Shown here: positions 8,347-17,614 of the stretch, piece by piece
How the letters are laid out: the number at the start of each line of letters is the position of its first letter
Numbering within the stretch: the first letter of the stretch is position 1
NCBI GenBank assembly: GCA_964358625.1
Contig: CAYHPG010000001.1
Location: 1-35,221 of the forward strand
Source of the DNA: an uncultured Gammaproteobacteria bacterium
GTDB lineage: Bacteria > Patescibacteriota > Patescibacteriia > JACQSD01
Direction of reading: 5' to 3'
Length of the DNA stretch: 35,221 nt
The notes under the pieces: model-generated
What the model saw: the letters and a program-made list of their open reading frames with translations, nothing else
What the model was told of the DNA's origin: nothing
The model's database searches: none
Program-made: the position numbers and the translations under genes

Positions 8347-8670
8347 TTATGCGGTCTGTATTTTTTCTATCTTCACTTTCGTCTGGAGCTGCCGATGCCC
8401 ACGCTTACGACGGTAGTGCACCTTCGGCTTGTATTTGATGATAAAAATTTTCTTCCCTTTCCCCTGCTCCACAATCTTGCCTTCCACCTTCGCGCCGGAA
8501 ACCAATGGAGTACCAGCAGTTACCTTTTCTCCTGCTTCGTCTGCGACAAGAAGTATATCCGAAAACGTTACCGTATCACCTGCGACTCCGACCAATTTCT
8601 CCAATGTCAACACATCGCCCTCGCGGACGATATATTGTTTTCCACCGGTTTTGATTACTGCGAATGTCAT
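8347..8670 (-). CDS. rplU: 50S ribosomal protein L21 (bL21)
   Basis: MTFAVIKTGGKQYIVREGDVLTLEKL is the canonical L21 N-terminus. The track ORF has a 19-codon upstream extension that is unlikely to be real. Confidence 0.9.
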   Translation of the reverse strand: MTFAVIKTGGKQYIVREGDVLTLEKLVGVAGDTVTFSDILLVADEAGEKVTAGTPLVSGAKVEGKIVEQGKGKKIFIIKYKPKVHYRRKRGHRQLQTKVKIEKIQTA

Positions 8671-8690
8671 TTGATGATAATAGCAAAGAG

Positions 8691-9155
8691 CTAAAAAGAT
8701 GTAAAGACTGTATCCCCTATTTTCCACCCCAAACGTTCCGCTGTCCCCGCATTCACTTCAAGAACCCTCGTCGCCGGCATTTTGGGTGCATAAAAAGGCA
8801 AAGCAGAATCCAGCGCACCAAATGCCGGCGCGGGAACGCGTGGAAGAATATCAACGATCTTCCCATCATCAATCCAAATCATATCAAGAGGAATAAACAT
8901 ATCTTTCATCCAAAAACGCTCTGCACTTTTTTCCGGAAAAATAAAAAACATCCCATGATCTTGCGCGAGTGTCATGCGCCCGGAAAGACCCCTGCGCCGC
9001 GTTTCTTCATCACGCGCAACTTCGACAATAATAGATTGTCCACCAATCACGACACGAAATTCTTTCATAGGAGAAAGCCAATAGATCATTCGGAGAATGA
9101 TCGCTGTGGCAATCACAATGCCAAAAATAATAAATGGACGGCGAGAAGAATTCAT
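8691..9155 (-). CDS. DUF192-domain protein with an N-terminal TM anchor
   Basis: The central GLSGR...MFFIFP...FWMKDMFIPLDMIWID pattern is typical of DUF192 (COG1430). The ATG at 9155 forms an ATGA overlap with the upstream stop. The track ORF starts at a GTG at 9176. Confidence 0.75.
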   Translation of the reverse strand: MNSSRRPFIIFGIVIATAIILRMIYWLSPMKEFRVVIGGQSIIVEVARDEETRRRGLSGRMTLAQDHGMFFIFPEKSAERFWMKDMFIPLDMIWIDDGKIVDILPRVPAPAFGALDSALPFYAPKMPATRVLEVNAGTAERLGWKIGDTVFTSF

Positions 9156-10261
9156 TTTTTTATCCAACGTATACACATGAGTCCCACTCCCAAAACCAGC
9201 ATACTTGCCGACAATACAACAAACGCAATAAGCTTCCCTCTACTCTGCAGGAAAAGCGCAGTCACGCCAACGTATGCGGTGAGAAAATAGAGAAGGAGAA
9301 CTGTTTTCCGATGCGAGAGCCCAATATCAAGGAGTCGAAAATGCAAATGCTTGCGATCAGCGCGAAGCGGCGAATGTCGTTCCCAAAAAAGCCGTCGCGC
9401 AATCACCCAAAGAACATCCAATATAGGAATACCAAAGACCAGCGCGGTTGTTGCAACTTTACTGCCCGAGACGATAGAAAGCGCTCCAAGCATGAATCCC
9501 GCAAAAAGCGAGCCGCCCTCACCAAGAAATATCTTTGCCGGATGCCAGTTCCAAAAAAGAAATCCAGCAAAACACCCTGCGAGCAGAATGGCAAGGAGCG
9601 CTGTCACTGGCTGATCAACGACGGGATCAAGCGCTAATGCGGCAACAATCAATGCGCCGATAATCGTTACCCCCGGCACAAGGCCATCGAGCCCATCCAA
9701 AAACTTCGTTGTATACATCATGCCAAGGAGCCAAAGAAAGGTAAAGAGATCTGCGAGAATAGTAAATTTATACGGCCAACCACGAAACCAAAAAAGAATT
9801 TTTTCATAATCATCAAGACGAATCTGCTCTGTTCCCAAGGGTCCGCCAAACGGATTTGTAATATACGTAATCCCAATCCCACTTGCAATGATAACAAGCG
9901 CTGCAGCAATCGGCCAAATAATTTGCTTGCGCGGCGACAACGAATAGCGATCATCAAAGTATCCCCCGATCATAAGAAGAAGCGCGCCAAGAAGCATGCC
10001 AAGAAAATACTTCGCTTTAATTTGGCTTTCAGGAAAATCAATTCCCCAAAGATACAAGAAAAGAACGAGGATAAAAAAAGAACAAAAGATTGCTATACCG
10101 CCGAGCAGTGGCGTTGGCCGCGTATGAATCTTCCGTGCAGGAGCTTGCGTGCGCTCATCGACAATATGAAAACGCAATGCGACTCGCCGCACGAGCGGAA
10201 CAAATAAAAAAGAAAGTCCAACAGCGCCGAAAAATGCAATGAAAAAAATGCCTATTGACAT
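9152..10261 (-). CDS. MraY/WecA-family polyprenyl-phosphate N-acetylhexosamine-1-phosphate transferase (glycosyltransferase family 4)
   Basis: The 369-aa polytopic membrane protein has HTRPTPLLGG, GGYFDDRYSLSP, FLDGLDGL and NWHPAKIFLGEGGS motifs characteristic of this family. I cannot tell from sequence whether it is MraY or WecA/TagO-like. Confidence 0.85.
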   Translation of the reverse strand: MSIGIFFIAFFGAVGLSFLFVPLVRRVALRFHIVDERTQAPARKIHTRPTPLLGGIAIFCSFFILVLFLYLWGIDFPESQIKAKYFLGMLLGALLLMIGGYFDDRYSLSPRKQIIWPIAAALVIIASGIGITYITNPFGGPLGTEQIRLDDYEKILFWFRGWPYKFTILADLFTFLWLLGMMYTTKFLDGLDGLVPGVTIIGALIVAALALDPVVDQPVTALLAILLAGCFAGFLFWNWHPAKIFLGEGGSLFAGFMLGALSIVSGSKVATTALVFGIPILDVLWVIARRLFWERHSPLRADRKHLHFRLLDIGLSHRKTVLLLYFLTAYVGVTALFLQSRGKLIAFVVLSASMLVLGVGLMCIRWIKK

Positions 10262-10556
10262 ACGGATGAAACGATACTATGCTGTGGACTATAGGGTTTG
10301 GTGGAGGCATTCGTTAAACCGCCGGTTCCCCCCCCTGTTTCCCGGCACACGGATGCTCTCCACCTTTCTATAATGGGACCAAAACCTGGAGAGAAAAGAA
10401 AGAGCAATGCTTTGGGATGAAGACTTGTAGTTTTCAGCCCACGGACAAAAGTATTGACTAACTAACTCGAAGCTATGGTCCCTCCCCCAGTTTCGCATAG
10501 ACCTACTATGTTGAGACTGGGGATTTTTTTATAACTCGGCCGAAAATTTGAGCCGA

Positions 10557-13256
10557 TCAATTTTTCCGCTCTACGCGAATAATACCGCCTTTTTCAAAAA
10601 TCAAACGATCTCCGCGCCCGACATTCTCCTGCAATAAAACATTCGCCAATGCGTCATCAACTTTTTCTTGAACAGCTCGCCGCAAAGGACGCGCGCCAAA
10701 CAACGGATCAAATCCAGTTTTTGCGAGCTCTTCCACTGCTTCGGGCGTAATGTCAAAAAGAATTCCTTTTTCATCAAGTTGTTTCACAACCTTTTTAATC
10801 ATGAGTTTCGTGATCGTTAAAATTTCTTCAAAATTAAGTGGCCGGAAAAGGACAATCGCATCAAAACGGTTCAAAAATTCCGGGCGGAAATTCTGCCGCA
10901 ACTGCTCTCGCATCAGCTGCTCCTTCAATACTTTAAGATCAGTCCCCTTCGCAACAGCATCCTGAATGTACTGCGCGCCGGCGTTTGATGTTGCGATAAT
11001 AATCGCATTGGTAAAATCAATAGTCTGTCCTTGCGCATCGGTCATGCGACCATCGTCCATCACTTGCAAAAAGATATTTAAAATATCCGGATGCGCTTTT
11101 TCAATTTCATCCAAAAGCACAAGAGAAAAAGGATTCCTTCGCACCGCCTCCGCAAGATATCCTCCCTCCCCGCTCGTTGTTCCGAGAAGTCGATCAAGCG
11201 AACTTTTCTCCTGATACTCCGACATATCGAGCCGAATCATGTTTTCTTCATTGCCAAAGTACACCTCTGCCAGTGTCTTCGCAAGTTCAGTTTTCCCGAC
11301 ACCCGTTGGTCCCAAGAATAAAAAGTTGGCAATTGGGCGCTTCACATCGCGAAGTCCCGTACGCGCCCTTCGTAGCGCCGATGCAACAGCGGTCACCGCC
11401 TCTTCTTGTCCAATCACCCGTTTGTGCATTTCTTCTTCGAGGTGCAACAGTTTTTCCTTTTCTCCCGTGCCTACCTTTGTAATCGGAATCTTCGTTTTTT
11501 CAGAAATAAGCTCCGCAACATCTTCGCCGGCAACAATCGTATTTTTTCCTTTCTTCTTCCGTACATACACCGCTACCTCCTCAAGGATCTTTAACGCTTT
11601 ATCGGGGAGATAGCGATCCTGAATATAGGTATGTGAAAGCGTTGCGACTTTTTCAATGGCGTCGTACGAGAAGTACACACCGTTTTTATATTCTATACCA
11701 CCCACTTTTGACTCGAGCACGAAAATCGTATTTGCGACATCCATTTCATCAATACGCACTGCCTGAAAGACAACCGAAAATGAGCCGACCTTTTCAAGAT
11801 AGCGTTTATGCTCTTGCGGCGATGTTGCGCCAATGGCGATGAATGCATGCTTCTCGAGCACGGATGTTAATACTTGCGAAAGGTCAAACCCCCCGCCACC
11901 GGTTGTCGACGCGCCAACAAGTTCATGAATGCCGTCAATAAAGAGAACAACATTGCCTGCGCGAACAATTTCGTACATAAGTTCTTGCAACCGTCCTTCC
12001 AGTTCACCGGATGCCGCTGCGCCGGAAAGAAGATTAGGCACGGAAAGACTGACGAGACGTTTATCGAAGAGTACTTCAGGGACATCTTCCTCAACCATGC
12101 GTTGCGCAATGCCTTCGACAATTGCTGTTTTCCCTGTTCCCGGATTCCCAATAAGGAGTACATTTTGGCGTCCACTCTCAAAAATACGCAGTATCTCTTC
12201 GATCTCGCGGTCGCGACCAACGCAAGGCGCTAAATAGCCATTGCGCGCAAGACGCGTCAAATCATGGCTCACGCGGTCGAGCAAGGGCGTTGCAACGGCG
12301 GTCATTGCGCGATCAACATCGCCCCCGGGCTTTGCTCGCGCTTTTTTTCGGAATGAAATATACTGCCGTCGAAGATTTTCTTTAAGCGCAATCCACGCAA
12401 TAACGTTTTGCATTTTCTCTCCTGCGGCATCAAGGTCAAAAAGGATCTGCATACTTGTCTCATCGTCATGCGCAAGAACCGCAAGCAATTCCGTGACATC
12501 AATGCGCCGTCGTCGTTTTGCAATCGCTTCCGCATATGCAGAGAAAAAAATATGATAAAACGCTGGATCAATTGAAGCGATACCCCGCTCTTCCAATTGC
12601 AGAAAATGTTTAAGCTTGCTCGTGATCTGATCGGAAGCAACGCCAAGCCGCCCAAAAATAATCCCAACCGCGCGCGCGGAAATCAAACTTGCAAAAAGAT
12701 GCAGTGGCTTCACCCGCGCATGGTGCAAACGATCGGCAATCTGTACGGCGCGCCGCACGGCCTTGTGCGCTTCAGGAGTAAATGCTCGCGCAATATCAAA
12801 ATGATTTTTTTTCTCAATTGACTTCAAGGATGACCAATCACGCGGCGCAACGCCGGCAATGGTTGTTTCCCCATATCGATGCAAGGGAATTTCTGCATAC
12901 TCTTCGGTATCGTGTACGAGTCGCCGATACGCAAAAAGATCAAGTAATAACGAACTCCAAAATAAAAACGCAACTCCGCTCGTGCGCGGAAGTATGCCAA
13001 TGGTCGCAAAAGCAAAAAATAAAAATCCACAAAGGCCGTACAGCACCAGTACGCCATTCAAGGCGCCGCGAATAAAGGATTGATATCGCGCTAGCGTAAT
13101 GCTCGTTGGATCAAGCGCGCGACTGAAAAATAACAAAAGTCCGTCAAACCACGCGAAGACAGCCCGACCATTGCAATCCGAACATCGCTTTGCTTCACGC
13201 ACACCTTTGCCACCACAGCTCGGGCAGCCAAATAACGCAGGAGGTATATTAACCAT
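10557..13256 (-). CDS. ClpA/B/C-family double-ring AAA+ ATPase with an N-terminal CxxCxGxG zinc finger and two TM helices
   Basis: D1 Walker A is GNPGTGKT and D2 Walker A is GPTGVGKT. D2 Walker B is LLDEIEKAHPD, and Clp_N-like repeats are present. The N-terminus is MVNIPPALFGCPSCGGKGVREAKRCSDCNGRAV followed by two hydrophobic helices. The first ATG is at 13256; the track ORF starts at a TTG at 13268. Confidence 0.9.
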   Translation of the reverse strand: MVNIPPALFGCPSCGGKGVREAKRCSDCNGRAVFAWFDGLLLFFSRALDPTSITLARYQSFIRGALNGVLVLYGLCGFLFFAFATIGILPRTSGVAFLFWSSLLLDLFAYRRLVHDTEEYAEIPLHRYGETTIAGVAPRDWSSLKSIEKKNHFDIARAFTPEAHKAVRRAVQIADRLHHARVKPLHLFASLISARAVGIIFGRLGVASDQITSKLKHFLQLEERGIASIDPAFYHIFFSAYAEAIAKRRRRIDVTELLAVLAHDDETSMQILFDLDAAGEKMQNVIAWIALKENLRRQYISFRKKARAKPGGDVDRAMTAVATPLLDRVSHDLTRLARNGYLAPCVGRDREIEEILRIFESGRQNVLLIGNPGTGKTAIVEGIAQRMVEEDVPEVLFDKRLVSLSVPNLLSGAAASGELEGRLQELMYEIVRAGNVVLFIDGIHELVGASTTGGGGFDLSQVLTSVLEKHAFIAIGATSPQEHKRYLEKVGSFSVVFQAVRIDEMDVANTIFVLESKVGGIEYKNGVYFSYDAIEKVATLSHTYIQDRYLPDKALKILEEVAVYVRKKKGKNTIVAGEDVAELISEKTKIPITKVGTGEKEKLLHLEEEMHKRVIGQEEAVTAVASALRRARTGLRDVKRPIANFLFLGPTGVGKTELAKTLAEVYFGNEENMIRLDMSEYQEKSSLDRLLGTTSGEGGYLAEAVRRNPFSLVLLDEIEKAHPDILNIFLQVMDDGRMTDAQGQTIDFTNAIIIATSNAGAQYIQDAVAKGTDLKVLKEQLMREQLRQNFRPEFLNRFDAIVLFRPLNFEEILTITKLMIKKVVKQLDEKGILFDITPEAVEELAKTGFDPLFGARPLRRAVQEKVDDALANVLLQENVGRGDRLIFEKGGIIRVERKN

Positions 13257-13617
13257 TGAAGTTCGCAATTATGCCGTAGATAGCAAGAGCGGGTAAAAGG
13301 AGATACAAAAAGAAAACCACCGCCATACACGCCAACCATATAAAGAAAAGGATCGTGCGCCAAAAAAGAATCAGCAAACGAAAAAAGAAACTAATAATCT
13401 TCCCCTGCCAATCTTCTTGCCCGTACATGGGTTTAAAAAGATTCGCGATCCAAAGCCCAAGCGCCAGAGAGCGCTGACGACGAGCAATAGCGCGACCGAT
13501 TGTTTTCCCAATACGAAAAACGCCTTTGGTATACCACCACACGGGAAAGAACAAAAAATCAACAATCGTTTCACGAAAAACTATGAAAAAAAGACGTAAA
13601 ACAAAAGGAGATTGCAT
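13249..13617 (-). CDS. small integral membrane protein, function unknown
   Basis: The 122-aa ORF has 3-4 hydrophobic segments and an ATG start. Its stop overlaps the start of the Clp-like gene by 8 nt. Confidence 0.55.
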   Translation of the reverse strand: MQSPFVLRLFFIVFRETIVDFLFFPVWWYTKGVFRIGKTIGRAIARRQRSLALGLWIANLFKPMYGQEDWQGKIISFFFRLLILFWRTILFFIWLACMAVVFFLYLLLPALAIYGIIANFNG

Positions 13618-13646
13618 GCGTCTAGTATATCACATTTTTCTCTCTC

Positions 13647-14942
<1,296 letters not shown>

Positions 14943-15000
14943 TCAAAAAGTCATCTGCGAATTATGCACAAGCAATCATTGCAATACCAAAAAAATAAGT

Positions 15001-15038
15001 TGATTCGATTTCCTCACGATCGTGAGGTTTTCGAATCA
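15001..15038. repeat. 38-nt palindrome copy 1 (TGATTCGATTTCCTCACGA|TCGTGAGGTTTTCGAATCA), possibly a bidirectional terminator
   Basis: It is a near-perfect palindrome matching 15633-15670 at 35 of 38 positions (differences only at positions 9-11 of the left arm). The stem CCTCACGA / TCGTGAGG is followed by TTTT. Confidence 0.7.
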
Positions 15039-15046
15039 ATATCATT

Positions 15047-15589
15047 TCAGGATGGATGCATCACACGAAAAACATGAATCCATTTTTCGCTTTTCGTTTC
15101 TTTAATAAATTCACGTATCTCGTCAAAGACCTCACAATTACTGAACCATACGCTGCGTTCAACAATTTGAAAACCGCATTCCTTCAAGAAAGAACGGAAC
15201 TGATCGCGCACATCGCGAGCGCGCTCGGGAATATCGAACGTGACAAGGACACCTTCATTGATCGCGCATTTTCGAGCGCATCGTATTTTTTCTTTTCGTA
15301 TAATAGACTTACCCTTCTCCGTAAGGACAACGGAAATATTTCCTGCTGCATGCTGTATTGTAATCCATTTTTGGCGTTGTAATACGGCAAGTAGTTGCCG
15401 TTGCTCATATTCTGCTCGACGGCTCCAACTCGCGCGCACACCATCAAGACTGCTCCCGCCCGCTAATTGACGATAACTTCGACGATCAGTAAGCGCGGCG
15501 ATTAAATCAACAAAATCCACGGTTGCACTATGCATATTTTCAGCAATCGCGCATAACAACTGTTTTCTTCGAGAAATTTTCTTTTCCAC
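15047..15589 (-). CDS. PaaX-like / Cas2-fold domain regulator (winged-helix plus ferredoxin-like C-terminal domain)
   Basis: The central LQRQKWITIQHAAGNISVVLTEKGK looks like a winged helix. The C-terminal GVLVTFDIPERARDVRDQFRSFLKECGFQIVERSVWFS matches the Cas2 / PaaX-C pattern. The start is a GTG at 15589; an alternative ATG lies at 15535. Confidence 0.55.
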   Translation of the reverse strand: MEKKISRRKQLLCAIAENMHSATVDFVDLIAALTDRRSYRQLAGGSSLDGVRASWSRRAEYEQRQLLAVLQRQKWITIQHAAGNISVVLTEKGKSIIRKEKIRCARKCAINEGVLVTFDIPERARDVRDQFRSFLKECGFQIVERSVWFSNCEVFDEIREFIKETKSEKWIHVFRVMHPS

Positions 15590-15632
15590 AATAGAGAAAA
15601 TAATATTATTCTAAGTGTATCATAGAATCCTC

Positions 15633-15670
15633 TGATTCGAAAACCTCACGATCGTGAGGTTTTCGAATCA
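15633..15670. repeat. 38-nt perfect palindrome copy 2 (TGATTCGAAAACCTCACGA|TCGTGAGGTTTTCGAATCA)
   Basis: It is perfectly self-complementary across all 38 nt and pairs as a copy with 15001-15038. Confidence 0.75.
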
Positions 15671-15746
15671 AAACAAAAAAAGGTAAAGTTCGCGTGAACC
15701 CCACCCCATGATGAGTGCCATCTATTAACTCCCCTCCTTTCTGCTC

Positions 15747-17612
15747 TTACTCTCCTACAACGCCTTTGCCCCTCCCAAACTCGTCGTCGTCAAGCGCGGT
15801 GTTGACGCTTGATTTTTTTATGGTGAGTAATGCGCCGGTTGCTTTATCGCGGCTAGCAAGCGTCATATCTCCAGTCAACGGCAAAATCTTCCCGACCGCT
15901 TCTTTTGTTGGCGTCACCACAACAGAAAATTCAATCGTCGCTTTTGGTGTCGTTGTTTGCAAACGCTGCAATGTCCAGCTCACCTCTCGCGTATCCGGAT
16001 TATACAAAAGCGTCCCTTGTGACACACGCCCAACAGCGCCGAACGACACATCAAGAGGAAGAATAGTTGCCGCTTTTACGCTCAATAACTCATGAAGTGT
16101 GTTAGTCACGGTCCAAATCACTCGATACGTCGTCGTTTGCCCCACGCGCGGGGGAAGCGGCCCATCGCCAATTTTCGTGCCATCTTCCGCAAAATAACGC
16201 GCCTCATTCTCAAGAGCAAGATCACTATTCACTTGCGTAATGATCGTATTGCTATTCACGACAATCGGCACCGGCAATTTCCCCGCTTTATCGACCGTAA
16301 CTTCTGCACGACTCTCCATCACGAGATCCTCAAGGTTCAATCCTTCTTTCGTGCGTTTCACTCGAAGCCCCATATTGATAAGCACCTCTTCTCCCGGATC
16401 AAGGAGACGCAAATCGCGTACATTGCTTCTCGTCCATGTGATCGTGCTTCCATCGCGCGCGCCGCGAGCTTTATCATCGAGCGCTCCCCAATCAACAATC
16501 GGCGAAGCGACAAGAAGACGCACCGCAACGTTTTCCATGGGAGTATCGGAATTATTTTTTATGCCAACAGTATATTGGAGCGCATCGCCAAAATTCACTG
16601 CTCCGGATGTTCCCGATCCATTCAACGCAAGTGAAACAAGAAGATCGCCTTTCACGATGTTTGTCGTGAACACATCTTCTTTTTGCAGAGAAAACGCGTC
16701 GCCCTTTCCAATACCAATACTCGCTCCAATGGTCCGTTCGCCGCTTGCATCTTTTGCAAATTTTCCACGAATTTCAATGGCGCCTTTTTTCTTTTTTTCA
16801 ATTGCATCAAATGTCCATTGCGTTGCAATCCCACTGCGATCGGGCTTTGTGCCGGTAATCGTAAAATCATTAGAGAGTTTGACGCGCACTTCCACTGGCG
16901 CGATGGTCGTGTCGGCAGCATTCTCATATGCAATCGTATACAATGTCTCGGTGTCGGGAAGAACGCGATCTGCTCCTTGGATTTTTACGGCAAGGATAGA
17001 GCTCGCAATGGTTGTTGTTGCGCTCCCCACTTCTTGGAATTCCGCATTGAAATTCGCGGGTTTATATGTTAAAAGCGCTTGTAAATTTGCCTGCGCATTT
17101 AATGCGCCAACAAGGGTTCCAACAAGTTCGATCGTGCCATCGCGTCCACGTGGCAATGTGCCAATAAGCCATGTTCCCCCGCTCCCTGTTTTATTCGATG
17201 GCTCTGGGTGCGATTCGGTTACGGTAAATCCACGTGGATAACGAACAGTAAGTTCAACATTGCCAAGGACAAGTGGTTCATTATTTGTATACTGAATTTT
17301 GTACCGCATTGTTTCGCCAGAGGTTACTTGCTCTGGCGCAGTCACTTTCACCCTCACGCCTTCTCCGCTAAAACGATCCTGATTGCGCAATAAAAAAAAT
17401 CCTGTCACTCCTGCGCCGGCGACAAACGTAAAAAGAATCAAAAAAATAATAAATACGGTACGCGTACGGCGGCGGCTTCTGTGTTCAAATCGTGACATAT
17501 CGCGAATATGCCCTTCGTCGTCACCATAAATCGCCCGTAACGGCGTTCCAAAATCATCCGTTGTTTTCGTGCTTCGACGTTTGGGGCGAATAGGCCGAGT
17601 AGAAAATGGCAT
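15747..17612 (-). CDS. membrane-anchored envelope protein with repeated beta-sandwich (DUF11/CARDB-like) domains
   Basis: The 621-aa ORF has a basic N-terminus and one TM helix (TVFIIFLILFTFVAGAGVTGFFLL). Repeated T/V/G-rich segments of about 100 aa follow. It begins 2 nt after the DUF4012 gene ends. Confidence 0.55.
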   Translation of the reverse strand: MPFSTRPIRPKRRSTKTTDDFGTPLRAIYGDDEGHIRDMSRFEHRSRRRTRTVFIIFLILFTFVAGAGVTGFFLLRNQDRFSGEGVRVKVTAPEQVTSGETMRYKIQYTNNEPLVLGNVELTVRYPRGFTVTESHPEPSNKTGSGGTWLIGTLPRGRDGTIELVGTLVGALNAQANLQALLTYKPANFNAEFQEVGSATTTIASSILAVKIQGADRVLPDTETLYTIAYENAADTTIAPVEVRVKLSNDFTITGTKPDRSGIATQWTFDAIEKKKKGAIEIRGKFAKDASGERTIGASIGIGKGDAFSLQKEDVFTTNIVKGDLLVSLALNGSGTSGAVNFGDALQYTVGIKNNSDTPMENVAVRLLVASPIVDWGALDDKARGARDGSTITWTRSNVRDLRLLDPGEEVLINMGLRVKRTKEGLNLEDLVMESRAEVTVDKAGKLPVPIVVNSNTIITQVNSDLALENEARYFAEDGTKIGDGPLPPRVGQTTTYRVIWTVTNTLHELLSVKAATILPLDVSFGAVGRVSQGTLLYNPDTREVSWTLQRLQTTTPKATIEFSVVVTPTKEAVGKILPLTGDMTLASRDKATGALLTIKKSSVNTALDDDEFGRGKGVVGE

Positions 17613-17614
17613 GG

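Noticed and set aside
8671-8727. An N-terminal extension of rplU.
   Set aside because: The L21 family begins MxAVIxTGGKQ, and the extension overlaps the end of the DUF192 gene region.
10289-10498. A 69-aa minus-strand ORF in the 295-nt gap.
   Set aside because: It has an odd W/R/S-rich composition, no SD, and overlaps the strongest predicted RNA helices. The region is treated as non-coding, with low certainty.
10296-10500. A tmRNA hypothesis, based on GGGGGAGGG...GCUUCGAG near one end and ...GCCUCCACCA at the other on the minus strand.
   Set aside because: The span is only about 190 nt. No T-arm folds next to the 3' end. The putative acceptor pairing has a G-G mismatch and lacks the G3-U70 pair. 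The CCUCCACC segment pairs much better with a nearby GGUGGAG. No tag reading frame was seen.
16240-17241. A 333-aa plus-strand ORF, and similar long plus-strand ORFs at 8664-9290, 25417-26088, 31115-31741, 23568-24083 and 16092-16634.
   Set aside because: All lie antisense to minus-strand genes that have clear family signatures. Their products are low-complexity (S/R/P/F-rich) and they have no start-site context. They are shadow ORFs.
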